Of a stretch of DNA of 64,000 bases, positions 21,784-33,616 are shown piece after piece. The number at the start of each line of letters is the position of its first letter. Within the stretch, counting starts at the first letter, position 1. The notes under the pieces are model-generated. The model had not been told where the DNA came from, made no database searches, and worked only from the letters and a program-made list of their open reading frames with translations. Position numbers and translations under genes: made by a program. The stretch covers positions 80,326 to 144,325 of the forward strand of contig JAZROZ010000027.1 in the NCBI GenBank assembly GCA_045648985.1, read 5' to 3'. Origin of the DNA: Clostridia bacterium (lineage in GTDB: Bacteria; Bacillota; Clostridia; UBA1381; UBA9506).

Positions 21784-22892
21784 AAATGATGGGAATTATT
21801 TTTTCTAACATATATGATGAGCATTTGGGGGAAATTACAAAGGAAAGAACTTCTGCATCGCTCCCCTTTGGCGGACGCTATCGTATGATAGATTTTGTAC
21901 TTTCAAACATGGTTAATTCAGGCATAACAAACGTCGGTGTTATCACTAAATCCAACTATCAGTCATTAATGGACCATTTAGGAAACGGAAAAGAGTGGGA
22001 TTTAGACAGAAAAATAGATGGTCTTTTCATATTGCCGCCGTTTGGTACAGGTCAAAAAACGGTGTACAGAGATAAACTAGAAGCGCTACTTGGCACTATG
22101 AAATATCTTATGCGCTCCGATGAGGAGTATGTTTTGCTTTCCGACTCAAACATAATTTGTAATATAGATTTTAAGGAGATACTTGATTTCCACATCGAAA
22201 AGGGTGCTGACATAACAGTTATTGCAAAAAAGGAAACGATAGAAGACAGAACAGACATAAAGCCGCTATGTATAAAAACTGATGATGAAAGCAGAGTCAT
22301 TGATGTTTTGGTTAATTTTGATATTCCGGGCGTAGTTAAAAGCGGAATCGGGATGTATATCTTAAAAAGGGAGATGCTTTTATCTCTGCTTCGTGAGGCG
22401 GCATCATATAATCTTCAGGATTTTGACAGGGATATCATTCAGGCAAAGCATAAGCATATGAACATAATGGCATATGAGTTTTCAGGCAGGATACTCCGCG
22501 TTGACAAAACTATAAAATATTTTGAAGCGAACATGGCACTTTTAGATGGTGATGTAAGACGTGAATTGTTTGAAAAGCATGGAAATATTTACACAAAAGT
22601 CCGCGACGAAGTGCCGACCAGTTATAAAAGAGGGTCTAAGGTTAAAAATTCTTTAATAGCCGACGGCTGCACGATTTTGGGAAGTGTGGAAAACTGTATT
22701 ATATCAAGGGGTGTGACTGTGGGCAGAGGTGCCAAAATCAAAAACTCAATTTTGATGCAGGATACTTCTGTCGGCGAGGGCGTTGAGCTCGATTATGTGA
22801 TTTGCGATAAGGAAGTCACCATAACTGACGGACGTATTATGATGGGGGCTAAAAGGCATCAGCTTGTAATAACAAAGGGAAAAACTGTATAA
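21780..22892 (+). CDS. glgD: Glucose-1-phosphate adenylyltransferase regulatory subunit GlgD
   Basis: Overlaps the glgC stop (ATGA). GlgC paralogue lacking the GGxGxRL loop ([18 protein letters not shown]). Confidence 0.8.
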   Translation: MKMMGIIFSNIYDEHLGEITKERTSASLPFGGRYRMIDFVLSNMVNSGITNVGVITKSNYQSLMDHLGNGKEWDLDRKIDGLFILPPFGTGQKTVYRDKLEALLGTMKYLMRSDEEYVLLSDSNIICNIDFKEILDFHIEKGADITVIAKKETIEDRTDIKPLCIKTDDESRVIDVLVNFDIPGVVKSGIGMYILKREMLLSLLREAASYNLQDFDRDIIQAKHKHMNIMAYEFSGRILRVDKTIKYFEANMALLDGDVRRELFEKHGNIYTKVRDEVPTSYKRGSKVKNSLIADGCTILGSVENCIISRGVTVGRGAKIKNSILMQDTSVGEGVELDYVICDKEVTITDGRIMMGAKRHQLVITKGKTV

Positions 22893-23050
22893 ATCATCTG
22901 CAGAGGGTGTAGAAAAATGCGCACACCACACAAGGCAGAATAAACGCCCAGCAAAGCCTTTTGCTTGTAACAAAAGATTAGAATAAAGAAAAAATTAAGG
23001 AAGAAATTTGTCGTTTAACAAATTTCTGTTATATAAAAGCCTTGTGTTTT

Positions 23051-23160
23051 GAACAAACTTCGCCTCTCGACGTACCAACGTACGCCTTCGGGTAACCAAA
23101 AGTAAGGCTATGCCTTACTTTCGCTCAGTTTGTCCAATCTGCGCTATTTTTCGTCCACCC
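23051..23160. repeat. Structured intergenic repeat, family B copy 1
   Basis: AACAAACTTCGCCTCTCGACGTAC..GTACG.CTTCGGGTAACC...GCTCAGTTTGT.CA.TCTG..CTATTTTT is shared with 37364-37455. This copy carries an extra internal hairpin (AAGTAAGGC tat GCCTTACTT). Confidence 0.7.
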
Positions 23161-23161
23161 C

Positions 23162-23208
23162 AAAGGAGCTATAGCAAAATGAAATCCATTTTGCTACAGC
23201 TCTATTTT
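23162..23208. repeat. Long hairpin family, copy 3 (degenerate)
   Basis: AAAGGAGCTATAGCAAAATGAAATCCATTTTGCTACAGCTCT, with two mismatches in the stem. Abuts the family B repeat. Confidence 0.65.
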
Positions 23209-23308
23209 GTTAAAGTGTTTTGAGTAAAATTTAACGATTTAGTAAAATATAACTAAATAGAAAAGTAAAATAATTTATGAATTTGATGAAATTTCAAGTA
23301 ATTTATAC

Positions 23309-23337
23309 TTGAAACTTTTGCCAAAATCTAATATAAT
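23309..23337 (+). promoter_or_regulatory. Putative sigma-A promoter of pgk-tpiA-gpmI-eno
   Basis: TTGAAA, 17 nt, TATAAT, about 50 nt upstream of the pgk ATG. Confidence 0.55.
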
Positions 23338-23389
23338 ATATAGTTGGTGATATATTAATTTATAAATAATTTTAAGAGGTGAATAGAAT

Positions 23390-24592
23390 ATGGCAAAGAA
23401 AACTGTTGACGATATTTGCGTTAAGGGTAAAAAAGTTTTGGTAAGATGCGATTTTAACGTGCCGATTAAGGACGGAAAAATCACAGACGAAACAAGAATT
23501 TTAGGTGCACTTCCTACAATCAAAAAATTAGTTGCTGACGGAGGAAAGGTAATCCTTTGTTCACATATGGGAAAACCGAAGGGCGAAGTTGTTCCGACTT
23601 TAAGCTTAGCGCCTGTTGCTAAAAGACTTTCAGAGCATCTCGGCAAAGAAGTTGTTTTTGCTGCTGATGATTGTGTAGTAGGTGAAAATGCTAAAGCTGC
23701 AGTAGAAAAGATGGCAGACGGTGATGTTGTTTTACTTGAAAACACAAGATACAGAAAAGAAGAAACAAAAAATATTGAAACATTCTCAAAAGAACTTGCA
23801 TCACTCGCTGAAGTTTATGTTAACGATGCTTTCGGCAGCGCTCACAGAGCTCACTGCTCAACAGCAGGTGTAACAGACTATATTGACACATGCGTTTCAG
23901 GATATCTTATGGGAAAAGAGCTTAAGTTCTTAGGCGAAGCTGTTGAAAGCCCCGAAAGACCTTTCGTTGCTATCTTAGGCGGTGCTAAGGTTGCAGACAA
24001 GCTTAACGTTATTTCAAACTTAATTGAAAAATGTGATACGCTCATCATTGGCGGCGGTATGGCTTATACTTTTGCTAAGGCTAAGGGTTTAGAGATTGGT
24101 AAGTCACTCGTTGATGATGAAAAGATTAACTACTGCAAAGAGATGATGGAAAAAGCAGAAAAGATGGGCAAGAAATTACTTCTCCCTGTTGATGCTACCA
24201 TTTCTAAAGTATTCCCTGACCCGATTGATGCAGAAATTGAAGTTTCTAATGTTGATATTGACAAAATTCCTGCTGATATGATGGGACTTGATATTGGTGA
24301 AAAGACAAGAGAGCTTTTTGCTTCAGAAGTAAGAAATGCTAAGACTGTTGTATGGAACGGACCTATGGGTGTGTTTGAAAACCCGATTTTAGCAAAAGGA
24401 ACTATTGCAGTTGCTAAGGCTTTAGCTGAAACTGATGCTACAACAATCATCGGTGGCGGCGACAGTGCTGCAGCTGTTAATCAGCTTGGTTTTGCTAAAG
24501 AAATGTCACACATTTCAACAGGCGGCGGAGCAAGCCTTGAATTCTTGGAAGGTAAAGAGCTTCCAGGTGTAGCTTGCCTTAACGACAAATAA
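23390..24592 (+). CDS. pgk: Phosphoglycerate kinase
   Basis: [35 protein letters not shown]. Confidence 0.96.
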   Translation: MAKKTVDDICVKGKKVLVRCDFNVPIKDGKITDETRILGALPTIKKLVADGGKVILCSHMGKPKGEVVPTLSLAPVAKRLSEHLGKEVVFAADDCVVGENAKAAVEKMADGDVVLLENTRYRKEETKNIETFSKELASLAEVYVNDAFGSAHRAHCSTAGVTDYIDTCVSGYLMGKELKFLGEAVESPERPFVAILGGAKVADKLNVISNLIEKCDTLIIGGGMAYTFAKAKGLEIGKSLVDDEKINYCKEMMEKAEKMGKKLLLPVDATISKVFPDPIDAEIEVSNVDIDKIPADMMGLDIGEKTRELFASEVRNAKTVVWNGPMGVFENPILAKGTIAVAKALAETDATTIIGGGDSAAAVNQLGFAKEMSHISTGGGASLEFLEGKELPGVACLNDK

Positions 24593-24612
24593 TTTTTGAA
24601 AGGGATTTTGAC

Positions 24613-25362
24613 ATGAGAAAAAAAGTAATTGCAGGAAACTGGAAAATGAATAAAACTCCGTCTGAAACAAAAGCTTTAATAGCCGAGCTTATTCCGCTTG
24701 TTAAAGATACAGACGATACAGTTATAGTTTGCCCCACAGCAGTATGTTTAGCTGCTGCAACGGAAGCAGTAAAAGGCTCAAACATCAAAGTTGGTGCACA
24801 GAATATGTACTATGAGGAAAGTGGTGCTTATACAGGCGAAATCAGTGCAGATATGCTCCTTGATTTAGGTGTGGAGTACGTTATTTTAGGACACAGCGAG
24901 AGACGTCAGTATTTTGCTGAAACTGATGAAACTGTAAACTTAAAAACTTTAAAAGCATTTGAAAAAGGTCTTCTTCCCATCATCTGTGTTGGTGAAAGCT
25001 TAGAGCAGCGTGAACAGGGTATCACAAATGACTTAGTCAGAATGCAGACAAAGATTGCTTTAAAGGATGTTAAGAAAGAAGATGCTAAAAAAGCTATCAT
25101 CGCATATGAGCCTATCTGGGCAATCGGCACAGGCAAAACTGCTACAACGGAGCAGGCACAGGAAGTTTGCAAAGCTATCCGTGATTGCGTAGAAGAAATC
25201 TACGGAAAAGAAGTAGCTGACGTTATCACAATTCAGTACGGCGGAAGCGTTAAAGCAGCAAACTCAAAAGAGCTTTTTGAAGCGGGCGATATTGACGGCG
25301 GCTTAGTTGGCGGCGCAAGCTTAAAAGCTGCTGATTTTGAAGGTATTGTAAACTACAAATAA
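24613..25362 (+). CDS. tpiA: Triosephosphate isomerase
   Basis: [32 protein letters not shown]. Confidence 0.96.
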   Translation: MRKKVIAGNWKMNKTPSETKALIAELIPLVKDTDDTVIVCPTAVCLAAATEAVKGSNIKVGAQNMYYEESGAYTGEISADMLLDLGVEYVILGHSERRQYFAETDETVNLKTLKAFEKGLLPIICVGESLEQREQGITNDLVRMQTKIALKDVKKEDAKKAIIAYEPIWAIGTGKTATTEQAQEVCKAIRDCVEEIYGKEVADVITIQYGGSVKAANSKELFEAGDIDGGLVGGASLKAADFEGIVNYK

Positions 25363-25400
25363 TACCAAATTATAATATCAGATTAATTGGAGAGTTTTTA

Positions 25401-26921
25401 ATGAAAAAACCACTTTTATTATGTATAATGGACGGATTCGGTATTAACAGTGCCGAATCCGGAAATGCCGTTAAAGCGGCTAAAACACCGAATCTTGATT
25501 TGCTTTTTGAAACTTGCTCTAACACTACTTTAGATGCAAGCGGTATGGCTGTAGGTCTTCCTGACGGACAGATGGGAAACTCTGAAGTAGGTCACACAAA
25601 CATCGGTGCGGGAAGAATTGTTTATCAGGAACTCACAAGGATAACAAAGTCTATCAAAGATGGTGACTTTTTTGAAAATCCTGAGTTTTTAGCAGCAGTT
25701 GAAAACTGCAAAAAGAATGATTCTGCACTTCACATTATGGGTCTTTTATCTGACGGTGGTGTACACAGTCATAACACACATATGTATGCACTTTTTGAGC
25801 TTTGCAAACGTGCAGGACTTTCTAAGGTATATCTTCACTGCATCTTAGACGGAAGAGACGTTCCTCCGTCATCAGGCAAGGATTTTGTTAAAGAAGCAGA
25901 CGAAGAGCTCAAGAAAATTGGTGTTGGTAAAATTGCTACAGTTATGGGCAGATTCTATGCTATGGACAGAGATAATCGCTGGGATCGTGTAGAAAAGGCT
26001 TATGAGGCATTAGCACTGGGCAGAGGCGTAATTGCAGACGATGCAGTAGCAAGTGTTGAGCAGTCGTACTTAGGTGATGTTACAGATGAGTTTGTTGTTC
26101 CTGTTGTAGTTTTTGAAAACGGTGTACCCGTTGGCAAAATCGAAAAGGGAGACAGTGTTATATTTGCAAACTTCAGACCTGACAGAGCAAGAGAAATCAC
26201 AAGGGTTTTTGTTGACCCTGATTTTAACGGCTTTGAAAGAGAATATAAAGAAGTTTTCTATGTTTGTATGACACAGTACGACAAAACAATGCCAAACGTA
26301 AAGGTTGCATTTAAGCCACAATCACTTACAAACACTTTAGGAGAATATTTAAGCAAAAAGGGTATGACTCAGCTCCGAATTGCAGAAACTGAAAAATATG
26401 CCCACGTGACATTCTTCTTTAACGGTGGTGTTGAAGCAATCTCAGAGGGTGAAGACAGAGTACTTATTGATTCGCCTAAGGTTGCGACATATGACTTAAA
26501 GCCTGAAATGAGTGCGTATGAAGTTACAGATGCAATCCTGCCAAGAATTAAATCAGGTGAGTATGATGTTATCATACTAAACTTTGCAAACTGCGATATG
26601 GTAGGACACACCGGATTTATGGATTGTGCAATAAAAGCAGTTGAAACTGTTGACTCTTGCGTCGGCAAGGTGTATGAAGCTGTGAAAGAAATGGACGGCA
26701 TAATGCTTATTACTGCCGACCACGGAAACGCGGACCAGATGCTTGACCCTGAAACAAACGAAACATTTACGGCACACTCTACAAACCCTGTTCCGTTTAT
26801 CGTAGCAGGAAAAGATGTCGCACTTTCCGAGGGCGGATGTTTAGCAGATATTGCACCGACTATGCTCAAAATCTTAGGCTTAGAGCAGCCAGAGGAAATG
26901 ACAGGTAAATCTCTGTTTTAA
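25401..26921 (+). CDS. gpmI: 2,3-bisphosphoglycerate-independent phosphoglycerate mutase
   Basis: ILCIMDGFG, NSEVGHTNIGAGR, ADHGNA. 506 aa. Confidence 0.94.
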   Translation: MKKPLLLCIMDGFGINSAESGNAVKAAKTPNLDLLFETCSNTTLDASGMAVGLPDGQMGNSEVGHTNIGAGRIVYQELTRITKSIKDGDFFENPEFLAAVENCKKNDSALHIMGLLSDGGVHSHNTHMYALFELCKRAGLSKVYLHCILDGRDVPPSSGKDFVKEADEELKKIGVGKIATVMGRFYAMDRDNRWDRVEKAYEALALGRGVIADDAVASVEQSYLGDVTDEFVVPVVVFENGVPVGKIEKGDSVIFANFRPDRAREITRVFVDPDFNGFEREYKEVFYVCMTQYDKTMPNVKVAFKPQSLTNTLGEYLSKKGMTQLRIAETEKYAHVTFFFNGGVEAISEGEDRVLIDSPKVATYDLKPEMSAYEVTDAILPRIKSGEYDVIILNFANCDMVGHTGFMDCAIKAVETVDSCVGKVYEAVKEMDGIMLITADHGNADQMLDPETNETFTAHSTNPVPFIVAGKDVALSEGGCLADIAPTMLKILGLEQPEEMTGKSLF

Positions 26922-26956
26922 TAAAACAGTTTTAAAAAATAATTAATATATTTTAG

Positions 26957-28285
<1,329 letters not shown>

Positions 28286-28298
28286 GATTTAGATAGTT

Positions 28299-28329
28299 AT
28301 TCGCGTGCACAAATTTTGTGCACGCGAAT
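28299..28329 (+). terminator. eno terminator hairpin
   Basis: ATTCGCGTGCACAAA t TTTGTGCACGCGAAT, 13 nt past the eno stop. Confidence 0.7.
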
Positions 28330-28393
28330 GTCTTTTAATCATATAAGGGTTAAAATTTTTAGCATTTATATGATTAAAAGAAAGGAGCTTTTT

Positions 28394-29107
28394 ATGATAT
28401 CTCTTATAATTCCCGCATACAACGAAGAAAAAAGAATAGAAAAAACATTAATTCATTTTTATAAGTATATGAAAAGTACCTTTTCGTCTTTTGAGATTAT
28501 AGTAGTAGATGACGGAAGTGTTGATAACACATTAAGCATTTTGGAAAGCTTTAAAAAGGATATGCCAGAGCTCAGGCCTTTAACATATGAAAAAAATCGC
28601 GGGAAAGGCGGAGCGGTAAAGTATGGTGTAGAAAATGCGCTTGGCGATTATGTATTCTTTACTGATGCCGATATGCCATATCCGATAGAAAGCGTTGGCT
28701 TAGCAGTTGACATATTCGAGAAAACAGGGACAGATGCCGTGCTTGGTAAAAGGCTTCATGTAGATAACGATGCTAAATACCCATGGTACAGAACATTGGT
28801 TTCTAAGGCTTTTTCGCTTTTGGTCCGTATGGTTTTAAGAATACATACGACAGACACTCAATGCGGATTTAAAGGATTTAAGAAAGAAGCTGCTAAAACT
28901 ATCTTTTCAAAGAATACCTTGTCAGGTTGGGGGTTTGATGTTGAGATTTTTTATATTGCCCATAAATATAATTTGAAGGTGCAGCGTATTGAAGTTGAGC
29001 TTTCCCATAATGATGATTCAAGACTTAACGTAGTAAGAGATAGTATAAATATTTTCAAGGACTTGATGAAAGTCAGAAAGAATAATAAAAACGGAATTTA
29101 TGACTAA
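28394..29107 (+). CDS. Family 2 glycosyltransferase (polyprenol/dolichyl-phosphate glucosyltransferase-like, soluble)
   Basis: ATG at 28394 follows AAAGGAG. SLIIPAYNEEKRI, VVDDGSVDNT, FTDADM, TDTQCGFKGF. The longer track ORF (28316) would run through the eno terminator. Confidence 0.75.
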   Translation: MISLIIPAYNEEKRIEKTLIHFYKYMKSTFSSFEIIVVDDGSVDNTLSILESFKKDMPELRPLTYEKNRGKGGAVKYGVENALGDYVFFTDADMPYPIESVGLAVDIFEKTGTDAVLGKRLHVDNDAKYPWYRTLVSKAFSLLVRMVLRIHTTDTQCGFKGFKKEAAKTIFSKNTLSGWGFDVEIFYIAHKYNLKVQRIEVELSHNDDSRLNVVRDSINIFKDLMKVRKNNKNGIYD

Positions 29108-29152
29108 GCATATAGAAAGTGCAGTGGCTTTGCCACTGCACTTTCTATATGC
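29108..29152. terminator. 21-bp perfect palindrome between convergent GT2 and amidohydrolase genes
   Basis: GCATATAGAAAGTGCAGTGGC ttt GCCACTGCACTTTCTATATGC. It contains the amidohydrolase stop codon. Confidence 0.7.
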
Positions 29153-29936
29153 TTAAGAGTTTTTTTGCATTTTTATAAAAAATCATTTCTTTAGCTTCAT
29201 TATCAATATCAAGCAAATTTATATTTTCTACTGCTTTATCCATAGCATTCCACGGTGTGTCGGTTGCGAAAAGGATTTTGTCAGGTTTGTGAGCATTTAT
29301 CTCTTTTTTGAAAATATCCATACCTTCGAATTCCGCAATACATGAGGTATCGATATATACATCTCTTCCTAAAACGTTTTCGATAAGTCTTTCGCCCATT
29401 GCATGTCCGCCCATATGTGCAAAACAAACCTTTTCGCCCTCAAACAACCCTAAAGTATTTGCGATGCGCTCGGGAGTAGCGTGTACAGGTTCGGGAAGAC
29501 CTACATCAAGCCCTGCATGAAAGAGAAGAATAAAACCTTTCTTTAAAATATATTCATAGATAGGCTGCATTCTTTTTTCATCAATAAAGAAGTCCTGATA
29601 ATCAGGATGCAATTTGATTCCCTTTATATCACTATCTTTCAAGCGGTCAAGCTCCGATTTATAGTCAGGGTCATCAGGATGTATACTACCAAATGCCACG
29701 ATATGCTCATTTTTATCGATTTCTAAGGCAAAGTTATTAACATTTTTAGTCTGTTTGGGGTTTGTCGCTATGTTTTGAACGACCGCTATATCTATCCCCG
29801 CTTTTTCCATATTATTTAAAGTATTTTCTAAAGTTCCGCAAGTATATGCAGGTATTTTGGCTCGTGTCGAGAGTGTATTAACAGCATTTTCTGCAATCTT
29901 GTCAGGAAATATATGAATGTGAAAATCTATTATCAT
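29145..29936 (-). CDS. Amidohydrolase-family (TIM-barrel metal-dependent hydrolase) protein
   Basis: MIIDFHIHIFP start (HxH metal motif), later ..FAHMGG.. and ..FATDTPW. Confidence 0.7.
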   Translation of the reverse strand: MIIDFHIHIFPDKIAENAVNTLSTRAKIPAYTCGTLENTLNNMEKAGIDIAVVQNIATNPKQTKNVNNFALEIDKNEHIVAFGSIHPDDPDYKSELDRLKDSDIKGIKLHPDYQDFFIDEKRMQPIYEYILKKGFILLFHAGLDVGLPEPVHATPERIANTLGLFEGEKVCFAHMGGHAMGERLIENVLGRDVYIDTSCIAEFEGMDIFKKEINAHKPDKILFATDTPWNAMDKAVENINLLDIDNEAKEMIFYKNAKKLLSI

Positions 29937-29949
29937 GTTACTTTAACCT

Positions 29950-32058
29950 CTATACGCTGTAGATTAAGTCGCTATAAGTCGGAATTGGCCAGTATTTCTT
30001 ATCAACAATCGACTCAAGCTTGTCTGCATATGTTCTTACAGAAAGCATAGCACTTGCAATATTATCACGCACAAATTCAGCCTGAGAAACAAAATCTTCT
30101 GTCGCAATCTCTGCTTTTTCAACTGCAAGTTCAAGCTTTTCAATGGTTTCTGCAAGGGACTGGAGATTTCCGCTGACCTCCACCAATAGATTTTTAGTAA
30201 CAGGAGATTTAACACCTGCTTTTTCAATATTCATATAGGCTTCAGCTAATCGGTTTGAATATTTAATGCAAGCAGGAATAATTTGTCTGTTACACATATC
30301 TAAGAGCGTCTTTGCCTCAATAGTTACAATTTTAATGTATTTTTCAAGCTTGATTTCATATCTTGAAGTAAGCTCTGCGCGGGTATAAACCTGATGTCTT
30401 TCAAACATTTCAATAGATTTTTCAAATATGAAAGCCTTATATGAATCGACAGAGTTATTAATGTTTGGAAGTCCTCTCATTTCAGCTTCTTTTACCCATT
30501 CATCACTATATCCGTTGCCGTTGAAGATAACACGTTTATGCTTTTTAACGGTTTCCTTTAAAAGAAGCTTAAGTTCAGCCTTAAAATCATCAGCTTTTTC
30601 GAGTCTGTCTGCCATTTCCATTAAGGAATCTGCAACTATTGTATTTAAAACGGTGTTTGGTCCTGCGATTGATGCAGAAGACGGCACCATTCTGAACTCA
30701 AACTTATTTCCCGTAAACGCAAAAGGGGATGTTCTGTTTCTGTCTGTTGTGTCTAAAGAGAAATGCGGAAGTGTCGTAACACCAATATCAAGCACACCAC
30801 CTGTGCGGTGGTCAGGCTTTTTGCCTGTTTCAATCTCTTCTAAAATATCTGTAAGCTCATCGCCTAAAAAGATTGAAACAATAGCAGGCGGAGCTTCTAA
30901 TGCCCCGAGTCTATGGTCATTTCCTGCATTTGCAGCAGATGCACGGATGAGCTCTGCATTTTCATCAATAGCCTTTATAACTGCACATAAGAATAACAAA
31001 AACTGTGCATTCTCGCTTGGCGTTTTTCCGGGATTAAAGAGGTTAACACCTTCTGATGTCGTCAGTGACCAGTTATCATGCTTACCTGAGCCATTCATGC
31101 CGTTAAAGGGTTTTTCATGAAGCAAACATGAAAGGCCATGGCGGTCTGCAATCTTTTTCATAAATTCCATGGTAATCTGGTTGTGGTCAGCTGCTATATT
31201 TACTGTATTGTAAATAGGTGCAAGCTCATGCTGAGCAGGTGCGGCTTCGTTGTGTTCTGTTTTGGCAGATACGCCAACTTTCCAGAGTGCGTAGTCGAGC
31301 TCTTTCATAAATGCAGAAACTCTTTCCTTGATTGCACCAAAATAGTGGTCATCCATCTCCTGAGTTTTAGGCGGTTTTGCACCAATTAAGGTTCTACCTG
31401 TGAACACCAAATCGGCACGTTTTTTAAACATTTCCTTATCTACTAAGAAATATTCCTGCTCTGCACCGCAGGAAACAGAAACGTTAGTCGATTTATTATC
31501 ACCAAACAGACGCAAAATCCTCAGTGCCTGTTTTGAAATTGCCTGAACAGAACGAAGAAGCGGAGTTTTTTTATCAAGTGCCTCACCGTTATACGAACAA
31601 AATGCAGTAGGGATACAAAGTGTTTTTCCTGACAAATCTTCTTTTAAGAATGCAGGGGACGTACAATCCCACGCAGTATAGCCACGTGCTTCAAATGTTG
31701 CACGAAGTCCTCCTGATGGAAAGCTTGACGCATCAGGTTCGCCCTTAACAAGTTCTTTTCCTGAAAATTCTGCGATTGCCGCCTCGCCTGTTTTATCTAT
31801 ACTTAAAAAAGAATCGTGCTTTTCGGCGGTGAAACCATTTAGGGGCTGAAACCAGTGTGTATAATGAGTAGCACCGTTTTCTATTGCCCAGTTTTTCATT
31901 GCGTCTGCAACAACCTCTGCAATATGCGTATCAAGGGGAGTCCCGTTTGAGATGGTCTCCTTTAATGTTTTATATATATCCTTAGGCAGTCTGTTTTTCA
32001 TAACTTTGTCATTAAAAACATAGCTGCCGAAGCAATCTGTGAATTTTTTGTGTTCCAT
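29950..32058 (-). CDS. glnN: Glutamine synthetase type III
   Basis: About 700 aa with [10 protein letters not shown] and other GSIII-type motifs. ATG at 32058 is preceded by AGGAAAGAGG; the track start at 32130 lacks an SD. Confidence 0.85.
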   Translation of the reverse strand: MEHKKFTDCFGSYVFNDKVMKNRLPKDIYKTLKETISNGTPLDTHIAEVVADAMKNWAIENGATHYTHWFQPLNGFTAEKHDSFLSIDKTGEAAIAEFSGKELVKGEPDASSFPSGGLRATFEARGYTAWDCTSPAFLKEDLSGKTLCIPTAFCSYNGEALDKKTPLLRSVQAISKQALRILRLFGDNKSTNVSVSCGAEQEYFLVDKEMFKKRADLVFTGRTLIGAKPPKTQEMDDHYFGAIKERVSAFMKELDYALWKVGVSAKTEHNEAAPAQHELAPIYNTVNIAADHNQITMEFMKKIADRHGLSCLLHEKPFNGMNGSGKHDNWSLTTSEGVNLFNPGKTPSENAQFLLFLCAVIKAIDENAELIRASAANAGNDHRLGALEAPPAIVSIFLGDELTDILEEIETGKKPDHRTGGVLDIGVTTLPHFSLDTTDRNRTSPFAFTGNKFEFRMVPSSASIAGPNTVLNTIVADSLMEMADRLEKADDFKAELKLLLKETVKKHKRVIFNGNGYSDEWVKEAEMRGLPNINNSVDSYKAFIFEKSIEMFERHQVYTRAELTSRYEIKLEKYIKIVTIEAKTLLDMCNRQIIPACIKYSNRLAEAYMNIEKAGVKSPVTKNLLVEVSGNLQSLAETIEKLELAVEKAEIATEDFVSQAEFVRDNIASAMLSVRTYADKLESIVDKKYWPIPTYSDLIYSV

Positions 32059-32247
32059 ATCTGTACCTCTTTCCTGTAAAATTTCGAAAGGCTTTAGGGA
32101 TTTTATAACATAAAATCCTATACGTGTCAATTATAACACAAAGCATGGCTAATTACAATTTTAAATTAAAAATATTTTACATATTTACGCAAATTTGTTC
32201 TAAAGACGGACGTGCCTTAATATTATAAATAAAAAGGAGAGCAGCAT

Positions 32248-33120
32248 ATGACAAATACGGAAGATAAAATAAAAAAAGAGATTTTAAAAAATATGCCGAA
32301 GAAAATAGCAAGGCTTTTGGAAATACAGGAGTTTAAAGACCTGCGTGAAGTGAGATTCCGCACAGGACAAAAAACAATGCTATATTACGGAAACGCCATA
32401 TTATCAATCGGAAACCGTTTGACTATGCAGGAAGTTATGGAAATCTTTGAGAGCTTTTGCAAAAGCTCTGTCTACGCTTATTTAAACGAGATTAAAAGCG
32501 GATTTATAACTCTTCGTGGCGGTCATCGCGTTGGAATATGCGGAGAGTGTACTGTAGAAAATGGTGAGATAACTAATATACATAACATTTCAGGACTAAA
32601 CATCAGGATCGCCAAAGAATATGTGGGGTGTGCTACGGGGCTTATTTCGCACATAAAGGGCAAAAATGCAATAATAATTGCTCCGCCTGCCTGTGGCAAA
32701 ACAACAATGCTTCGTGATATTGCAAGGTGCTTTTCCCACACAATGAAAGTAACGGTGATTGACGAAAGGGATGAGATTTGCTCTCTGTGTGATGGAGTCC
32801 CGCAATTTAACGTCGGCAGGCAGACTGATGTTTTGTCAAAAGCACCAAAAGTACTTGGAATGACTATAGCACTTCGCTCTCTTTCGCCTGATTTGATAAT
32901 AACAGATGAAGTCGGCACAAAAGAAGATATATCTGCCATAGAACAGGTGCTTGGTGCAGGGTGTAAAATCATAACAAGCATACATGGATATAACGTAAAA
33001 ACAATAAAAGAATCAAAGGGAAGACTTTTGTCACTTTTTGATGTTGCGATAGAGTTAAAAAAAGAAAACGGAAGACCACAGATATCAAATATTATAGAAA
33101 TGGGGAAAACATATGATTAA
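32248..33120 (+). CDS. spoIIIAA: Stage III sporulation protein AA (ATPase)
   Basis: Walker A PPACGKTTMLRDIAR, Walker B LIITDEVG, first gene of an AA-AH array. Confidence 0.85.
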   Translation: MTNTEDKIKKEILKNMPKKIARLLEIQEFKDLREVRFRTGQKTMLYYGNAILSIGNRLTMQEVMEIFESFCKSSVYAYLNEIKSGFITLRGGHRVGICGECTVENGEITNIHNISGLNIRIAKEYVGCATGLISHIKGKNAIIIAPPACGKTTMLRDIARCFSHTMKVTVIDERDEICSLCDGVPQFNVGRQTDVLSKAPKVLGMTIALRSLSPDLIITDEVGTKEDISAIEQVLGAGCKIITSIHGYNVKTIKESKGRLLSLFDVAIELKKENGRPQISNIIEMGKTYD

Positions 33121-33616
33121 GATTTTGGGGATAATACTTGTATTTATAGCGTGCTTTGGACTTTCGCAAAAAAGAATTATAAAACAAAAAAAGTCAAGCG
33201 TAGAGATTCGTTCTTTAATATCAGGGCTAAAGGAGATTGCTGATAATATTTCTTTTTTTAATAAGCCGCTTCCTGAAATAATCAGCTCTGTAACAGAGCA
33301 CAATGGCAATGTTTTCTTTTCGAAAATTTGTGATATTCTTTCCCATGATGAAAAAATCAGAGTGGAAAAGGCATGGGAAAAAGCGCTGCTGGGTGACGAA
33401 CTTGACATATGCAAAAGTGCTAAGGAACCCTTGCTGACACTCGGCAAGACGATAGGCAAGCAAACGGCACAAAAAGAAGAAGAAAATATCGGCATATGCA
33501 TAGGAAAGCTTACTGATATTTTAGAAGAGGAAGAGAGACTTTCTGCGAAAAATACAAAAATGATTCAGAGTCTTGGAGTTTTGTCAGGCCTTATGATTGT
33601 TATTCTGTTTATATAA
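33113..33616 (+). CDS. spoIIIAB: Stage III sporulation protein AB
   Basis: Overlaps the spoIIIAA stop. 167 aa with N- and C-terminal TM helices. Called by position in the operon. Confidence 0.7.
   Translation: MIKILGIILVFIACFGLSQKRIIKQKKSSVEIRSLISGLKEIADNISFFNKPLPEIISSVTEHNGNVFFSKICDILSHDEKIRVEKAWEKALLGDELDICKSAKEPLLTLGKTIGKQTAQKEEENIGICIGKLTDILEEEERLSAKNTKMIQSLGVLSGLMIVILFI

Noticed and set aside
23275-23745. A 156-aa ORF on the - strand spanning the pgk promoter and 5' end. The same applies to the other antisense track ORFs inside mutS, the ABC-F gene, gpmI, spoIIIAA, the MBL hydrolase and mutL.
   Set aside because: All are embedded antisense in genes with strong motif support and show typical shadow-frame composition. 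None has an SD.
28316-28393. N-terminal extensions suggested by the longest-ORF track: 28316 for GT2, 32130 for glnN, 36584 for spoIIIAH, 48023 for the O-methyltransferase, 59014 for gtrA-like, 39004 for the membrane protein, 59867 for GT2, and 60670 for ribU.
   Set aside because: In each case an internal ATG has a proper SD at 5-10 nt. The extension either overlaps an upstream gene or terminator, or has non-protein-like sequence.
30428-31120. A 230-aa ORF on the + strand.
   Set aside because: It is antisense to the type III glutamine synthetase gene and has Ser/Phe-rich shadow-frame composition.
32131-32247. A sigma-E/sigma-G type sporulation promoter upstream of spoIIIAA.
   Set aside because: An ACATATT resembling the sigma-E -35 is present, but no acceptable CATACA-T -10 lies at the right spacing. 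It cannot be supported from sequence alone.
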